Made by a program: the position numbers and the translations under genes. Below the pieces are notes generated by a model. The model was not told the DNA's origin, made no database searches, and saw only the letters and a list, made by a program, of their open reading frames with translations. Positions 18,722-28,805 of a stretch of 64,000 nt of DNA are shown here, one piece after another. Numbering within the stretch: the first letter of the stretch is position 1; each line of letters starts with the position of its first letter. The DNA is taken from IMG/VR virus record IMGVR_UViG_3300042465_006114, one strand, 5' to 3'. This stretch comes from an uncultured virus (IMG/VR IMGVR_UViG_3300042465_006114). Taxonomy: Duplodnaviria > Heunggongvirae > Uroviricota > Caudoviricetes.

Positions 18722-18880
18722 TTAGCTTCTATTTTTTATATTTTGTATTTCCTCATATATTCTTAAAAGCTCCGCTTCTTTTTCAGCTAAAATATCTTCA
18801 ATTAAATTATCTTCAATTTCAATAAATTCAACTCTTACCAAACCATTATCATCGTAAATTTCATTTCTAATTTGTTTCAT
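18722..18880 (-). CDS. 52-aa acidic coiled-coil protein downstream of the fibre genes (possible chaperone); absent from ORF track
   Basis: MKQIRNEIYDDNGLVRVEFIEIED...IKNRS read manually. Confidence 0.55.
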   Translation of the reverse strand: MKQIRNEIYDDNGLVRVEFIEIEDNLIEDILAEKEAELLRIYEEIQNIKNRS

Positions 18881-18891
18881 ATTTTTTATTT

Positions 18892-20226
18892 TTATAAAGT
18901 TATACCCACGAAAGGAACGGTTAAGTTTTGATTGGTTGGTGTTCCAAATGGAGATGGAGCAGAACCAAATGCTGGAGATATAGTAAATGAAGTGCTATAA
19001 ATTATTCCATTAATATTAAGAGGTGTTAATTGTGGAACTGGTACTCCAGATAAAGTTTGCGTTGATGAAACTTGAACACCTATCCAATATATTTGTCCAG
19101 CTTCAAATATTTGTACCGTTGTTGCGGTTTTCACACCCTGAGTTGAACAATCTAAATTTGCACTTTCGTATATTTTAGTATCTGGCTTTCCATCTAAATT
19201 AGAGTAAATTAAAATCCTTGCATTTGAACCAGCTATCAAAGTAGTAACGTTTATATATAAAGATGCAGAAGTTATTGTTTGTGATGGAATATATGGAATA
19301 ACAGTTAATTTATTTGCAATTCCAACTATTGTTAACATTGTAGTTCCGTTGATTGCCATTCCCGTACTTAAACCAACCGAAGGCTTTATAGAACTATGTA
19401 TTGCACCGCTTAAATTACACGAAACAAAAAGACCATCTGCATTTACTTTTACAGAACAACCATTGCCAGATGACATAGAGCAAACACTTAAATCATTTAC
19501 AAATGTTGTACAAGCTCTATTAGCAGTTATTTCACTCCCTATAATCATAGCGTTATTACAATTATTTGTGTTATTGTATCTTCCTCCTAAAACAGAAGAA
19601 TAAAAACCAGAAGCGAGATTTGAATAACCACCGCCAATTGTTGACCTTAAACCATTAGCAGTATTACTTCTTCCACCGCCAATTGTTGAATTAAGTTCAG
19701 AAGCAGTGTTGCCTTGACCACCGCCAACTGTTGAATAAGTGCAAGAAGCAATGTTACTAGACCCACCGCCAACTGTTGAATAAGCGGAAGAAGCAGTATT
19801 ATTTGTTCCGCCACCTATTGTTGAATAACTATTAGGAGCATTGTTGTATCCACCACCCCCAATAGTGGCGTAAGCTCCACTCGCATTATTGCTATTCAAA
19901 CAAGGCTCTATGCCACTTGAATTAACATTATACTTAAATGGACTGCATCCACCAACTACCGAGCCATCAAAACCTAAATTTGCTTCGGCAAAAGCAATAA
20001 ATGTAGCAACGGTAAAAGGTGTTCCAGTTGAATCTTCGCAATTTGCTAAAGGTTGATTAAATATAACGGTTGAGTTACTTAAATACTTATTGTATATTAC
20101 TACAAATGGTATTGCATCATACAAAGCTAAAACATCAATCGCACACGAATTTTTAGGTGCAACTAATATTATAGAACCTCCATTTGATATTTGCAAACTC
20201 CCACTTACTATTTCTAATTTTATCAT
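18892..20226 (-). CDS. Fibre/spike-like protein with STIGGGxxNxAS repeats
   Basis: Gly/Ser/Asn beta-solenoid-type repeats; distinct C-terminal beta domain. Confidence 0.75.
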   Translation of the reverse strand: MIKLEIVSGSLQISNGGSIILVAPKNSCAIDVLALYDAIPFVVIYNKYLSNSTVIFNQPLANCEDSTGTPFTVATFIAFAEANLGFDGSVVGGCSPFKYNVNSSGIEPCLNSNNASGAYATIGGGGYNNAPNSYSTIGGGTNNTASSAYSTVGGGSSNIASCTYSTVGGGQGNTASELNSTIGGGRSNTANGLRSTIGGGYSNLASGFYSSVLGGRYNNTNNCNNAMIIGSEITANRACTTFVNDLSVCSMSSGNGCSVKVNADGLFVSCNLSGAIHSSIKPSVGLSTGMAINGTTMLTIVGIANKLTVIPYIPSQTITSASLYINVTTLIAGSNARILIYSNLDGKPDTKIYESANLDCSTQGVKTATTVQIFEAGQIYWIGVQVSSTQTLSGVPVPQLTPLNINGIIYSTSFTISPAFGSAPSPFGTPTNQNLTVPFVGITL

Positions 20227-20246
20227 AATCTTTTATTTTTATTTTT

Positions 20247-20507
20247 TTAAAAACCTAAATTGGCTTCGGCAAAAGCTATAAATGTACTTGGCGTAAAAAC
20301 CGTATCTGTTAAATCAACACAACTTGACAAAGGTTGATTAAAAACTGGCGTAAAGTTAGCTAAATATTTATTAAAAATTGAAGCAAAAGGAGTTGCTTTT
20401 TTTAAAGCCAATGTATCAATAGCACAAGCATCTTTTGGTATAACAAGTATTATTACGCCATCTTTTGATACTTGTAAACTTCCAACGACTATTTCTAATT
20501 TATTCAT
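20247..20507 (-). CDS. Stand-alone copy of the N-terminal domain of the 18892 fibre
   Basis: MNKLEIVVGSLQ...FIAFAEANLGF nearly colinear with the first 87 aa of the 444-aa ORF. Confidence 0.8.
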   Translation of the reverse strand: MNKLEIVVGSLQVSKDGVIILVIPKDACAIDTLALKKATPFASIFNKYLANFTPVFNQPLSSCVDLTDTVFTPSTFIAFAEANLGF

Positions 20508-20527
20508 AATATTTTATTGTTTTATTA

Positions 20528-21784
20528 TTAAGATACTATTTCTAAAACCGTACCGTTTCTCCAAACTGAACCACTTGGTAAACCAGCACTTGCAGTTGGA
20601 ATGTTTTTAATTGATAAATTATTTACAAATGTTGTACAAACTCTATCCGCAGTAATATCACTACCGACAATTATTGCCTTTTCACAAGTGTTCGTGTTAT
20701 TATTACCACCTCCTAAAATTGCTGAATAATTCCCAGAAGCAGTATTACAAGAACCACCACCTATTGTTGAACTAGTACCAGAAGCAGTATTTTGAAAACC
20801 ACCACCAATTACTGAATTTTGACCACTATGACAAATAAGGTTAGAATATCCTCCACTTATTACGCTATTATATATTGGACTTGAAGAATTACCATTTATA
20901 CTATTAAAATTTCCTCCGCTAATTACACTAGCATTAGTTCTGCCTATAATAGAATTACAAAATCCAGCAATTATAATACTACTATTTTTACATCCAGTAT
21001 ATGAACTATATGGATGGTAAGTCGCTATTAAATTACAAAAACCTCCGCCAATAAAATCTCCAGTTTTTTGCGAACCGTACGTACCAGTACCTAGTAAAAT
21101 TTTATTATAACCTCCTCCTACAATTACAGAATTAGCTACAAAAGTTGTGTTTCCTATATAATAACCTCCACCACCAGCAATTACAGAATTAGAACCAGAA
21201 GCAGTATTACCACAACCACCCCCAACTGTTGAATTAAGTTCAGAAGCAATGTTATTTGTGCCACCACCAACTGTTGAGAAAATACAAGAAGCAATATTGT
21301 TTTTACCTCCACCAATTGTAGAACAGGCATTAGAAATAGAATTACTATTACCACCACTAATTGTAGAAGAAGGACTGCAATTAGAAATTAAATTAGATGA
21401 ACCACCGCCAATTGTTGAACGGTCGCCACAAGCTCTGTTAATACTACCACCACTAACTGTTGAATAAACATTAGAAGCACGGTTGTTCGAACCGCCACCA
21501 ACTGTTGATAAAATACAAGAAGCAATGTTGCCTTGACCACCACCAATAGTAGCGAAAACTCCACTTGCATTATTTGTTCCTAAAACTGGCTCTATACCAG
21601 TTCCGTTTGCATCATATTGAAATGGACTACTTGCTCCTAAAATTATAAAATCAGATAATGGTTGAATATTACCCATTACGTCTTTTACTTTCATTATTCC
21701 AGTTGTTCCTTCAACAAAAACCGCCAAACTATTACCGTTTGGACTTGTTATATTATTTTGTTGTGATTTAGTTACATTTCCCAT
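20528..21784 (-). CDS. Fibre/spike-like protein with STIGGG repeats
   Basis: Repeats plus C-terminal LPSGSVWRNGTVLEI. Confidence 0.75.
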   Translation of the reverse strand: MGNVTKSQQNNITSPNGNSLAVFVEGTTGIMKVKDVMGNIQPLSDFIILGASSPFQYDANGTGIEPVLGTNNASGVFATIGGGQGNIASCILSTVGGGSNNRASNVYSTVSGGSINRACGDRSTIGGGSSNLISNCSPSSTISGGNSNSISNACSTIGGGKNNIASCIFSTVGGGTNNIASELNSTVGGGCGNTASGSNSVIAGGGGYYIGNTTFVANSVIVGGGYNKILLGTGTYGSQKTGDFIGGGFCNLIATYHPYSSYTGCKNSSIIIAGFCNSIIGRTNASVISGGNFNSINGNSSSPIYNSVISGGYSNLICHSGQNSVIGGGFQNTASGTSSTIGGGSCNTASGNYSAILGGGNNNTNTCEKAIIVGSDITADRVCTTFVNNLSIKNIPTASAGLPSGSVWRNGTVLEIVS

Positions 21785-21795
21785 TATATTTTTTT

Positions 21796-22470
21796 TTAAT
21801 AAATTTTATTTAAAACGAAATTTTGTGATTGAATTTTATTAGCTACATTTGACGCCCCCCATTGAGCAGTAATTGATAATACATTACTAACAGTCGTATT
21901 AAAAGTTGTATTAGATACTAATGCAAAATTTACACCATCAAGATTAGTGTTAGCATTTTGATTGTATGAATATTGACCATTAACAAATAATTCAGCTACA
22001 CCTAATCCTCCAATTTTGGTTACTGTAAACTCTATAATTAATTCAAAAAACTTATTAGTAGTAATTTTCATTTGAAAAACACCAGCATCAGCTATCACGT
22101 TTCCGTCAGACTTAACTCTTATATGTATTGTTTCATTATTTGCACAAGAAAGACTTCCGCATATTTTTGCAGTAAAGCTATCTCCAACATTAAATCCGTT
22201 AGCTGGAACTGTTAAAGTACCTACTCCAGTACCAATAAGTGAAGTTTCAACCGTAGTGTTTGTTATAAGTGTTCCTAATGAAGTTTGAGCATAAAGACCG
22301 TAATTTCCATTTTGAACTATAATTGTAGGGATAAAATCAGTTATAGGTTGAATATTACCCATTACGTCTTTTACTTTCATAACTTGCGTAACTCCATCAA
22401 CAAAAACCGCCAAACTATTTCCGTTTGGACTTGTAATATTATTTTGACCAGAAGTCGTTACTTTGCCCAT
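21796..22470 (-). CDS. Beta-rich structural protein sharing its N-terminal domain with the 20528 fibre
   Basis: QNNITSPNGNSLAVFV...MKVKDVMGNIQP shared. Confidence 0.75.
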   Translation of the reverse strand: MGKVTTSGQNNITSPNGNSLAVFVDGVTQVMKVKDVMGNIQPITDFIPTIIVQNGNYGLYAQTSLGTLITNTTVETSLIGTGVGTLTVPANGFNVGDSFTAKICGSLSCANNETIHIRVKSDGNVIADAGVFQMKITTNKFFELIIEFTVTKIGGLGVAELFVNGQYSYNQNANTNLDGVNFALVSNTTFNTTVSNVLSITAQWGASNVANKIQSQNFVLNKIY

Positions 22471-22480
22471 TTTATTTTTT

Positions 22481-22786
22481 TTAGATTTTCCAAAACTTTA
22501 GTACTAATCCCCATAAAAAGGAAAGTACCAATCCCCCACCTACTAATCTTGACTTAAATTCTTTGTCTTTTTCAATGTAAGAAGTATGTTCATCAACTTT
22601 TTCAATCAAACCAGTTTGACCATAAATTTTATCTCCAATTACAGTTTGATTCAATTTCGTAAAATTGACATCTAAATCTTGAATTTTTGAACTCACAGAA
22701 GTAAGCGTTTGTTTAATCCATTCTATATCGGATGCACTAACTTCTATTGTATTTTTTTTAACCGCTGGTTTTCTTGTTAAAGCCAT
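22481..22786 (-). CDS. Coiled-coil protein with C-terminal TM
   Basis: GGGLVLSFLWGLVLKFW. Confidence 0.7.
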   Translation of the reverse strand: MALTRKPAVKKNTIEVSASDIEWIKQTLTSVSSKIQDLDVNFTKLNQTVIGDKIYGQTGLIEKVDEHTSYIEKDKEFKSRLVGGGLVLSFLWGLVLKFWKI

Positions 22787-22797
22787 ATTTTTTAATT

Positions 22798-23193
22798 TTA
22801 TAATCCTAATTCTCCCAAGTGTTTTCCTAAAGATATGTTTTTACCGTTTTTGTATTTATTGTAAAATGACAACCCAATATTATTATTGACTTGCAAAATA
22901 AATACGCAAACATTTAATACATCATCATTCGTTTCTTTCGCAAACAATTGTAACGATTTTTTTAAAAACGGATTTGCCAATGATTCGTATTGAAAAATAT
23001 CCATTTTTTTATCCATTATTTGTAAAAAAGAAACTCTTTCAACCTCTTTAAAGTTATTACACATTGTGTAAAAAACCGTACCATTTGGGTCATTAGTAAC
23101 TTTTATTTGAACTACATTTGATGGAACTTCATACGCTTTCGCATATTTATTGATTCCAGTATTCATAATCTTCTTAACTATTCCTTCTACCAT
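22798..23193 (-). CDS. Hypothetical protein
   Basis: ORF with its own leader. Confidence 0.6.
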   Translation of the reverse strand: MVEGIVKKIMNTGINKYAKAYEVPSNVVQIKVTNDPNGTVFYTMCNNFKEVERVSFLQIMDKKMDIFQYESLANPFLKKSLQLFAKETNDDVLNVCVFILQVNNNIGLSFYNKYKNGKNISLGKHLGELGL

Positions 23194-23229
23194 TTTGTTG
23201 TTTTTTTAAAGTTTCAAGGGTAAAATTAA

Positions 23230-23790
23230 CTATTTTATTCCAAAAAGTTTAGCTAATGTTGGATTTTTTGTTTTAAAATCACTAACTTTTTTACTCAATC
23301 CTATATCTTTAAGTAAATCCGTTGAATACTCAAACTTCTCTTTATTAAACTTTAACGTGTAATTAATTCCCAAGAATTTAACTTTTATAAAACCTACAAC
23401 TTCAACGTTTATAGGTCGTCTTGCCAAAACGTCTTGAATAAAAGGCAATACTGCAATTTTACTTTCTTTAATGTTTATTTCCCCAGTAGTTTTTAGAGTA
23501 AAAGAGCTATTAGGCATTACTGCAAAAGGTGTTTTAACATTTGTAGAAGCAAAGTTTTTACCATTAAAAAATAATTGTAAATCATATTCTTTAATTAGTA
23601 TTTCAAAGCTAGAATTGTTTTTAATTTCAATCTCTATTGAAACAGTAATCTTATTGTTGTCGTATTTTAAAACTTCAAAATTTTTGATTTTATAATCATA
23701 ATTCAAAGCCATATCAACTTGATATTTAAAATATCTATAAAATCCAAATCCAGCCAAGCCAATTCCGCTAAATAATAAAACTTTTTTCAT
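23230..23790 (-). CDS. LEA_2/WHy-like beta-sandwich protein with N-terminal TM
   Basis: IEIKNNSSFEILIKEYDLQLFFNG...VMPNSS pattern. Confidence 0.65.
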   Translation of the reverse strand: MKKVLLFSGIGLAGFGFYRYFKYQVDMALNYDYKIKNFEVLKYDNNKITVSIEIEIKNNSSFEILIKEYDLQLFFNGKNFASTNVKTPFAVMPNSSFTLKTTGEINIKESKIAVLPFIQDVLARRPINVEVVGFIKVKFLGINYTLKFNKEKFEYSTDLLKDIGLSKKVSDFKTKNPTLAKLFGIK

Positions 23791-23791
23791 A

Positions 23792-24001
23792 TTACTTTTT
23801 TTTATTTACTAATATACTAAAGACATATAAGCTTACAACAGCACCAGTTAATAGTAAGCCATATCGTATAATTTTTTTATTTTGAACTGATTTTTCTAAT
23901 TCAATTTTTTCTAGTTCTGAATCCAGCTCTTTAAGAGTATCTTCTAATCTTCCGTATTCTGCAATATCGTATGTTTTTCCAGATGTATTACTTACTGCCA
24001 T
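23792..24001 (-). CDS. Small C-terminal TM protein
   Basis: TM followed by KKK. Confidence 0.7.
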   Translation of the reverse strand: MAVSNTSGKTYDIAEYGRLEDTLKELDSELEKIELEKSVQNKKIIRYGLLLTGAVVSLYVFSILVNKKK

Positions 24002-24003
24002 AA

Positions 24004-24474
24004 TTATTTTTTATTTGTTAAAAATATTGATAACCCTATTAATAAAATACTTGCTCCAAAAAATATTCTTTTATTTCTTTCATAGGTAGTATTTTCATTT
24101 ATTCTCGAAGCGTCTAAAGCAGAAAAAGTATTTAATACATTTTTTAATACCACTTGTTTTTTTTCTTCTATTTTTTTTGCACAACCTAAATCATTAAATT
24201 CTTTTTTTAATAAATACAAAGTAGTATTAAATGAAGATGCTCCAGTTATATTTCCTTGTTGTAATTTGGCATCAAATGCGTTTGTCATATTGGAAATATG
24301 AGATTCTAAATACTGACATTTTTCCATAGCGGTATCTTTTCCGCAACCACCATTTTCATATTCTTTTTTTAATTTAAAAACATAACTTGTGTAATCGCCT
24401 AAATTATAATATTGACCACCTACATCGTATGCTTCCCATTCATTTTTTTTAGATTGACACTGTATTGGATTCAT
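24004..24474 (-). CDS. Cys-containing helical protein with C-terminal TM (paralog family A)
   Basis: YERNKRIFFG shared with 25407 ORF. Confidence 0.75.
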   Translation of the reverse strand: MNPIQCQSKKNEWEAYDVGGQYYNLGDYTSYVFKLKKEYENGGCGKDTAMEKCQYLESHISNMTNAFDAKLQQGNITGASSFNTTLYLLKKEFNDLGCAKKIEEKKQVVLKNVLNTFSALDASRINENTTYERNKRIFFGASILLIGLSIFLTNKK

Positions 24475-24475
24475 A

Positions 24476-24910
24476 TTATTTTTTTTTAATTAAAATAAAA
24501 GTTGCGGTTAATAGAATTATCCCTCCTAATATAATATAGATATTTTGCTCAACAAAAGATTTTTTTAAAACTGACTGTTCGGATAATATCGCACCTTTAG
24601 TTTCTAATGTAGCCGATTCAGCTAATCTAGTTTCTTCTATCCTAGTTTCACAATCAAATCCATTAAATTTCTTTAATATTAATTCTCTTGCATAGGAAAG
24701 AAATCCAATTTTTGTATCGTTATTAAAAGACTTTCTTAATTGTGCAATTTCATCTGTAATTTTTTTAACATCAAAATCTAAATCAATACAGTTAGCTCCT
24801 TTAGGAGATATTGCACCGTACTTAGTTACGTTTAAATATTTTAAAGCACCTTCATTGAACATTTTCATTTCATAAGATGTCATTTGATTTAATGTAATTG
24901 GATTATACAT
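24476..24910 (-). CDS. Cys-containing helical protein with C-terminal TM (paralog family A)
   Basis: CxxLD...C..RIE..R..ESA...EQSVLK shared with 25856 ORF. Confidence 0.75.
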   Translation of the reverse strand: MYNPITLNQMTSYEMKMFNEGALKYLNVTKYGAISPKGANCIDLDFDVKKITDEIAQLRKSFNNDTKIGFLSYARELILKKFNGFDCETRIEETRLAESATLETKGAILSEQSVLKKSFVEQNIYIILGGIILLTATFILIKKK

Positions 24911-24913
24911 ATA

Positions 24914-25405
24914 TTAACCTCTCCTTCCTATTGCGTAAACTCTCGTGTTTACTGTTGTTGATGGGGTTGATGATGTTGTTCCTCTAACTGTTGATGTTCC
25001 TACTTGTGTTACATCGGTAACATATACTGGTGTAGTTGGCACATATTTTGGAGTATCAGAAATACCCAAACTATTATTTACGATATTATTTTTAATTGTA
25101 TTTGTTATTTCAATACATTCCCTCCTAGATAAACCAGCACATTCAGAAGCTCTAATTTCACTATCTAAAGTTGTCGGAGAGTTTGTATATTGTGTAGGTA
25201 CATATACAGAACCTGTGTCTTTACTAGGATTAACTGTTGTTGACGAATTAGGTAATGTTAATTTTTCTTCAATTAAAGAAGTTGTATCTTTATTTAAAGA
25301 GTTTAATTGACTTTGAGATATTGTAGGTTTGTTTTTTTGCAAAAAATAATATCCCAACGCAATAACTGAACCTACCCCTAAATATATAAAAATTTTATTT
25401 TTCAT
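24914..25405 (-). CDS. N-terminal TM protein, Thr/Ser/Pro-rich
   Basis: N-terminus similar to 26305 ORF (KNKPT..S.QL). Confidence 0.7.
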   Translation of the reverse strand: MKNKIFIYLGVGSVIALGYYFLQKNKPTISQSQLNSLNKDTTSLIEEKLTLPNSSTTVNPSKDTGSVYVPTQYTNSPTTLDSEIRASECAGLSRRECIEITNTIKNNIVNNSLGISDTPKYVPTTPVYVTDVTQVGTSTVRGTTSSTPSTTVNTRVYAIGRRG

Positions 25406-25406
25406 C

Positions 25407-25853
25407 TTATTTCTTTTTACTAAACATTGTTAAAATTACAATTCCAGACACTAATATTAATCCGCCAAAAAATATCCTTTGATTTCTCTCGTATATACTT
25501 TCAGCTTCAATTCTTGTTTTATCTAAACCACTAAATTTATCAATTACAATTCCTAATTCAGACTGTCTGTATCGTTCTATTAATTGGGTACAATTTTTGT
25601 CGTCAAATTGTTTTCTAAGACTAGCAATTGATTTTGTGTAATCAATTCTTTCTGTATCAAATGGAGATAAAGATTTTGCACCAGCATATTGAATTAATGA
25701 CTGTAATGAACTATTAAGCCTTACACATTCTAACTCTTTTTCATCATATATTGAACATTCTTTATTATATTTATCTCGGTATTCTTTAGTACCGAAATCT
25801 GGACTTAATATTGAAATATTAAAAAAATCTGCACATTCTTTTTTAGTTGCCAT
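25407..25853 (-). CDS. Paralog family A membrane protein
   Basis: YERNQRIFFG followed by TM. Confidence 0.75.
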   Translation of the reverse strand: MATKKECADFFNISILSPDFGTKEYRDKYNKECSIYDEKELECVRLNSSLQSLIQYAGAKSLSPFDTERIDYTKSIASLRKQFDDKNCTQLIERYRQSELGIVIDKFSGLDKTRIEAESIYERNQRIFFGGLILVSGIVILTMFSKKK

Positions 25854-25855
25854 AA

Positions 25856-26293
25856 TTATTTTTTTATTATAATATATAAACCCACTAATAAAATTAACGC
25901 TCCAACTCCGATATAAATTCTTTGGTCGGTATTTGCTGGTTTTAAAACTGATTTTTCTTGTTCAATAGCTTGTTTAGTAATTAATACTGCACTTTCGTTT
26001 TGTCTTAATGTTTCTATTTTATCTAAGCAATTGCTTGAAGCAAATACAGATTCTAATAACGCTTTTTGGTCAACTAATGCTTGAATATAATTATTTGCAC
26101 TTGGTTCAAGACCTCTTGCAACACCATAATTATATGGCGTTGGTTTTAATCTTTCTGCAACTGTATAATCTCTAATTTTTAAAATTAGTTTGTCTAGCTC
26201 AACACAAGAACCTCCATTCCACCCAAATTCTTTTCGCACCCTTTCTTTAGTTGCGTTTATTTGTGTTGCGTTTCCTCCGTATATATCTATCAT
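25856..26293 (-). CDS. Paralog family A membrane protein
   Basis: QRIYIGVG followed by TM. Confidence 0.75.
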   Translation of the reverse strand: MIDIYGGNATQINATKERVRKEFGWNGGSCVELDKLILKIRDYTVAERLKPTPYNYGVARGLEPSANNYIQALVDQKALLESVFASSNCLDKIETLRQNESAVLITKQAIEQEKSVLKPANTDQRIYIGVGALILLVGLYIIIKK

Positions 26294-26304
26294 TATAATA
26301 ATAT

Positions 26305-26649
26305 TTATTTAAAATTATTTGGATTGGCTTTCATTGCTTTTTCAATTTCTTCTATCGTTGGTAATTTAAAATTTTTCATTTCGTCAATTTCTTTTTGTGT
26401 CCATCGAATCTGTACTGGAGAAAATATATTTTGACAAAATCCATCTATTATCATTTCGTTCTGATTGCAAGTTGTTATAGGCTTTATATAGCTTTCATCC
26501 CCTCCAGTTTTATATGAATTAGACAATTCCTCTAATTTTTTTAATTGAGTTGAAGCCACAGTTGGCTTATTTTTTTTGAAATAAACATAACCTAGAACTG
26601 CAATTCCTCCAAGAACAACCAAAGCACCTATTTTATTTTTTGTTTTCAT
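26305..26649 (-). CDS. N-terminal TM protein
   Basis: TM followed by KKNKPT. Confidence 0.7.
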   Translation of the reverse strand: MKTKNKIGALVVLGGIAVLGYVYFKKNKPTVASTQLKKLEELSNSYKTGGDESYIKPITTCNQNEMIIDGFCQNIFSPVQIRWTQKEIDEMKNFKLPTIEEIEKAMKANPNNFK

Positions 26650-27189
26650 CTACTTTAATTTTATAACATCTTCTCTAACGTAAAAAGTGTCTGTTTTTGT
26701 CGGAATTAATATATTTGAATCTTCTTTAATTGAATCAATTGCTTCTTGTGATGGCTTTACTTTAACCCATTTGTAAATAGTACCAGAGTTATTACTTAAT
26801 AATCCTTTGTCATTTACAACATCTGTAACAGTTCCAATCAATACGTCTTTTTGAGTAATTCTACCGCCAACACTATTATTTACAAACCATCCATTGTTAA
26901 CATAGGGTGTTTGTCTTGGATTAATATTTTCTACTTTTGAATAAATCTCTTTACCTAAAAGTCTTGCTTTTGCTTGTGCAAGTGGCAATTTTATAATTTC
27001 TTGTAATGTAGGGTCAATTACCGCTTGTTGAACACTAACAACATCGCCAGTAGAAGTAGTAACGTCTTTATCTACAATTGCACTTGGGTCAGTATCTGAT
27101 TTTTTCTTTTTTGTAATAACGACATAAGCTACTACCGAAAGGGCAATAGCTAATCCAGAATACAAATACAATTTATTATCGTTATTCAT
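26650..27189 (-). CDS. N-terminal TM protein with SH3-like C-terminal beta domain
   Basis: IGTV...KWVKV...FYVREDVI resembles the SH3b pattern. Confidence 0.55.
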   Translation of the reverse strand: MNNDNKLYLYSGLAIALSVVAYVVITKKKKSDTDPSAIVDKDVTTSTGDVVSVQQAVIDPTLQEIIKLPLAQAKARLLGKEIYSKVENINPRQTPYVNNGWFVNNSVGGRITQKDVLIGTVTDVVNDKGLLSNNSGTIYKWVKVKPSQEAIDSIKEDSNILIPTKTDTFYVREDVIKLK

Positions 27190-27194
27190 TTTTT

Positions 27195-27356
27195 TTATTT
27201 TTTTGCGTTATCTACTTTTTTTAATAACTCTTGAAAATCAATATCAGTTGAAATATCATTTTCCTCGTCAAATTTCTTTTTTCTGTATGCAAAATATAAA
27301 AGACCTAATACCACAATTGAAGTTCCAGCTATAATTAATGTTTTTTTATTTTTCAT
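27195..27356 (-). CDS. 53-aa single-TM protein (absent from ORF track)
   Basis: MKNKKTLIIAGTSIVVLGLLYFAYRKKK... read manually. Confidence 0.65.
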   Translation of the reverse strand: MKNKKTLIIAGTSIVVLGLLYFAYRKKKFDEENDISTDIDFQELLKKVDNAKK

Positions 27357-27358
27357 AA

Positions 27359-27787
27359 TTATTTTTTAAAAGTTTTATATGCGTATATCCCTCCGAAAAC
27401 TACTGCTCCAAGAGCAACTATATTAAGTATGTTTTTTACATTACTACTTGAAAAAAATGTAGAAATTCCTCCTAAAATTCCTCCAGAAACATCTTGAATG
27501 GTTGCAACTCCTTGTAATACTGGAGAAAATATTCCAGCGTTAGCAAAAGGATTTAATCCATTGTCTTTTACATAATTTCTAAAAGAAGAATTAAATGTTC
27601 TACAATCCAAATTACTACTCAAACTTCCGCTTTGAGAAAATGCGTAATCCCACATAAAATTAGCCTTTGTTTTGCCAAATTTACCTACTAGTAATTTATG
27701 CCATACTATCCAATCATTACAATTCCAAGAAGTATCACTTCCCCATTGGTCATAGTCTGGTGCGGTATTCCAAGTTGTTACTGCCAT
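27359..27787 (-). CDS. Trp-rich protein with C-terminal TM
   Basis: W/C-rich N-terminal domain, amphipathic helix, TM. Confidence 0.7.
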   Translation of the reverse strand: MAVTTWNTAPDYDQWGSDTSWNCNDWIVWHKLLVGKFGKTKANFMWDYAFSQSGSLSSNLDCRTFNSSFRNYVKDNGLNPFANAGIFSPVLQGVATIQDVSGGILGGISTFFSSSNVKNILNIVALGAVVFGGIYAYKTFKK

Positions 27788-27802
27788 AATTATTTTATTT
27801 AA

Positions 27803-28216
27803 TTAATTAATTTTCACTGGAAAACCATTAGATTCTGTGTAACCTAAATCGGCTAATACACTTAAAAGTTGACTTATTTCCTTATCAATTGCTATGTTTC
27901 TCTTTTCAATAACTAAACTTTTAACTTGACCAATAGTTCCCGACATTTTTGGTTTTAAAATATTATTTCGTTTTTCAGTTTTTAAATTGTCAATTTTAAC
28001 TGCGATTGCCCTTGCATCTAAAAGTTTTTTAGCGTATTTTTCAACTTCTTCTGGTGTTTGAGTTTGAGTTTGAGTTGAAGTACCTTTATTTAATGCATCC
28101 AACTCTAAATCTTTTAATTTAGATAAATCTTTAGATTTTTTATTTTTTAAAAACAAAAATGCTCCACCACCAAGTAACGCAACTGCTCCGACTATGTATA
28201 ATATGTTATTTTTCAT
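27803..28216 (-). CDS. N-terminal TM coiled-coil protein
   Basis: TM followed by a basic stretch. Confidence 0.7.
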   Translation of the reverse strand: MKNNILYIVGAVALLGGGAFLFLKNKKSKDLSKLKDLELDALNKGTSTQTQTQTPEEVEKYAKKLLDARAIAVKIDNLKTEKRNNILKPKMSGTIGQVKSLVIEKRNIAIDKEISQLLSVLADLGYTESNGFPVKIN

Positions 28217-28218
28217 AA

Positions 28219-28473
28219 TTAAACAGTTGTTGATTGATTTGCTGGTTTTGATTTAATTGCATTAATCAATTCTTTTAACTTGTCTAATGCAGTAAAAACC
28301 GTTGTTTCAGTAGATGTCGTGGTAGTTGTTATAACCCCATCTTTTTCTTCTGTAACGACCATAGGAGGATTAAGATTAGTAGTTGTTTTATTTTTATTTT
28401 TTGTACTATAAAGATAAATTCCAACTCCAACCAATACTGCTCCTATAACATAATATGTAGTGTGCTTTTTCAT
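28219..28473 (-). CDS. N-terminal TM protein, Thr-rich
   Basis: TM followed by a basic stretch. Confidence 0.7.
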   Translation of the reverse strand: MKKHTTYYVIGAVLVGVGIYLYSTKNKNKTTTNLNPPMVVTEEKDGVITTTTTSTETTVFTALDKLKELINAIKSKPANQSTTV

Positions 28474-28483
28474 AATATTTTTA

Positions 28484-28804
28484 TTATTTTTGGGATTTAC
28501 TAGTTATAAGTTTATTATAATCAGTAAGCGAAATACTTGTTTGTCCAGTTATTGCTTTTAATCTTTTTTCGGTTAATGCACCAAAATTTCCATCAACTAC
28601 AAGACCACCCTTTAAAGCTTTTTGCAATGATTCTACTTCTAAACCAGTAGAGCCTTTAGATAAAACTTTTGTTGTGTCCATTGCACCTTCTGGAACAACC
28701 GCATCTGCTTCTGGAGATTTTAATTTCATATTTTTATATATGTAATAACCACCTAATCCAATAAGTATAGCCGAAACTATTATTGCTTTTCTTTTGTTGT
28801 CCAT
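28484..28804 (-). CDS. Membrane-anchored peptidoglycan-binding (PGBD) protein
   Basis: LSKGSTGLEVESLQKAL...VDGNFGALTEKRL. Confidence 0.8.
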   Translation of the reverse strand: MDNKRKAIIVSAILIGLGGYYIYKNMKLKSPEADAVVPEGAMDTTKVLSKGSTGLEVESLQKALKGGLVVDGNFGALTEKRLKAITGQTSISLTDYNKLITSKSQK

Positions 28805-28805
28805 T

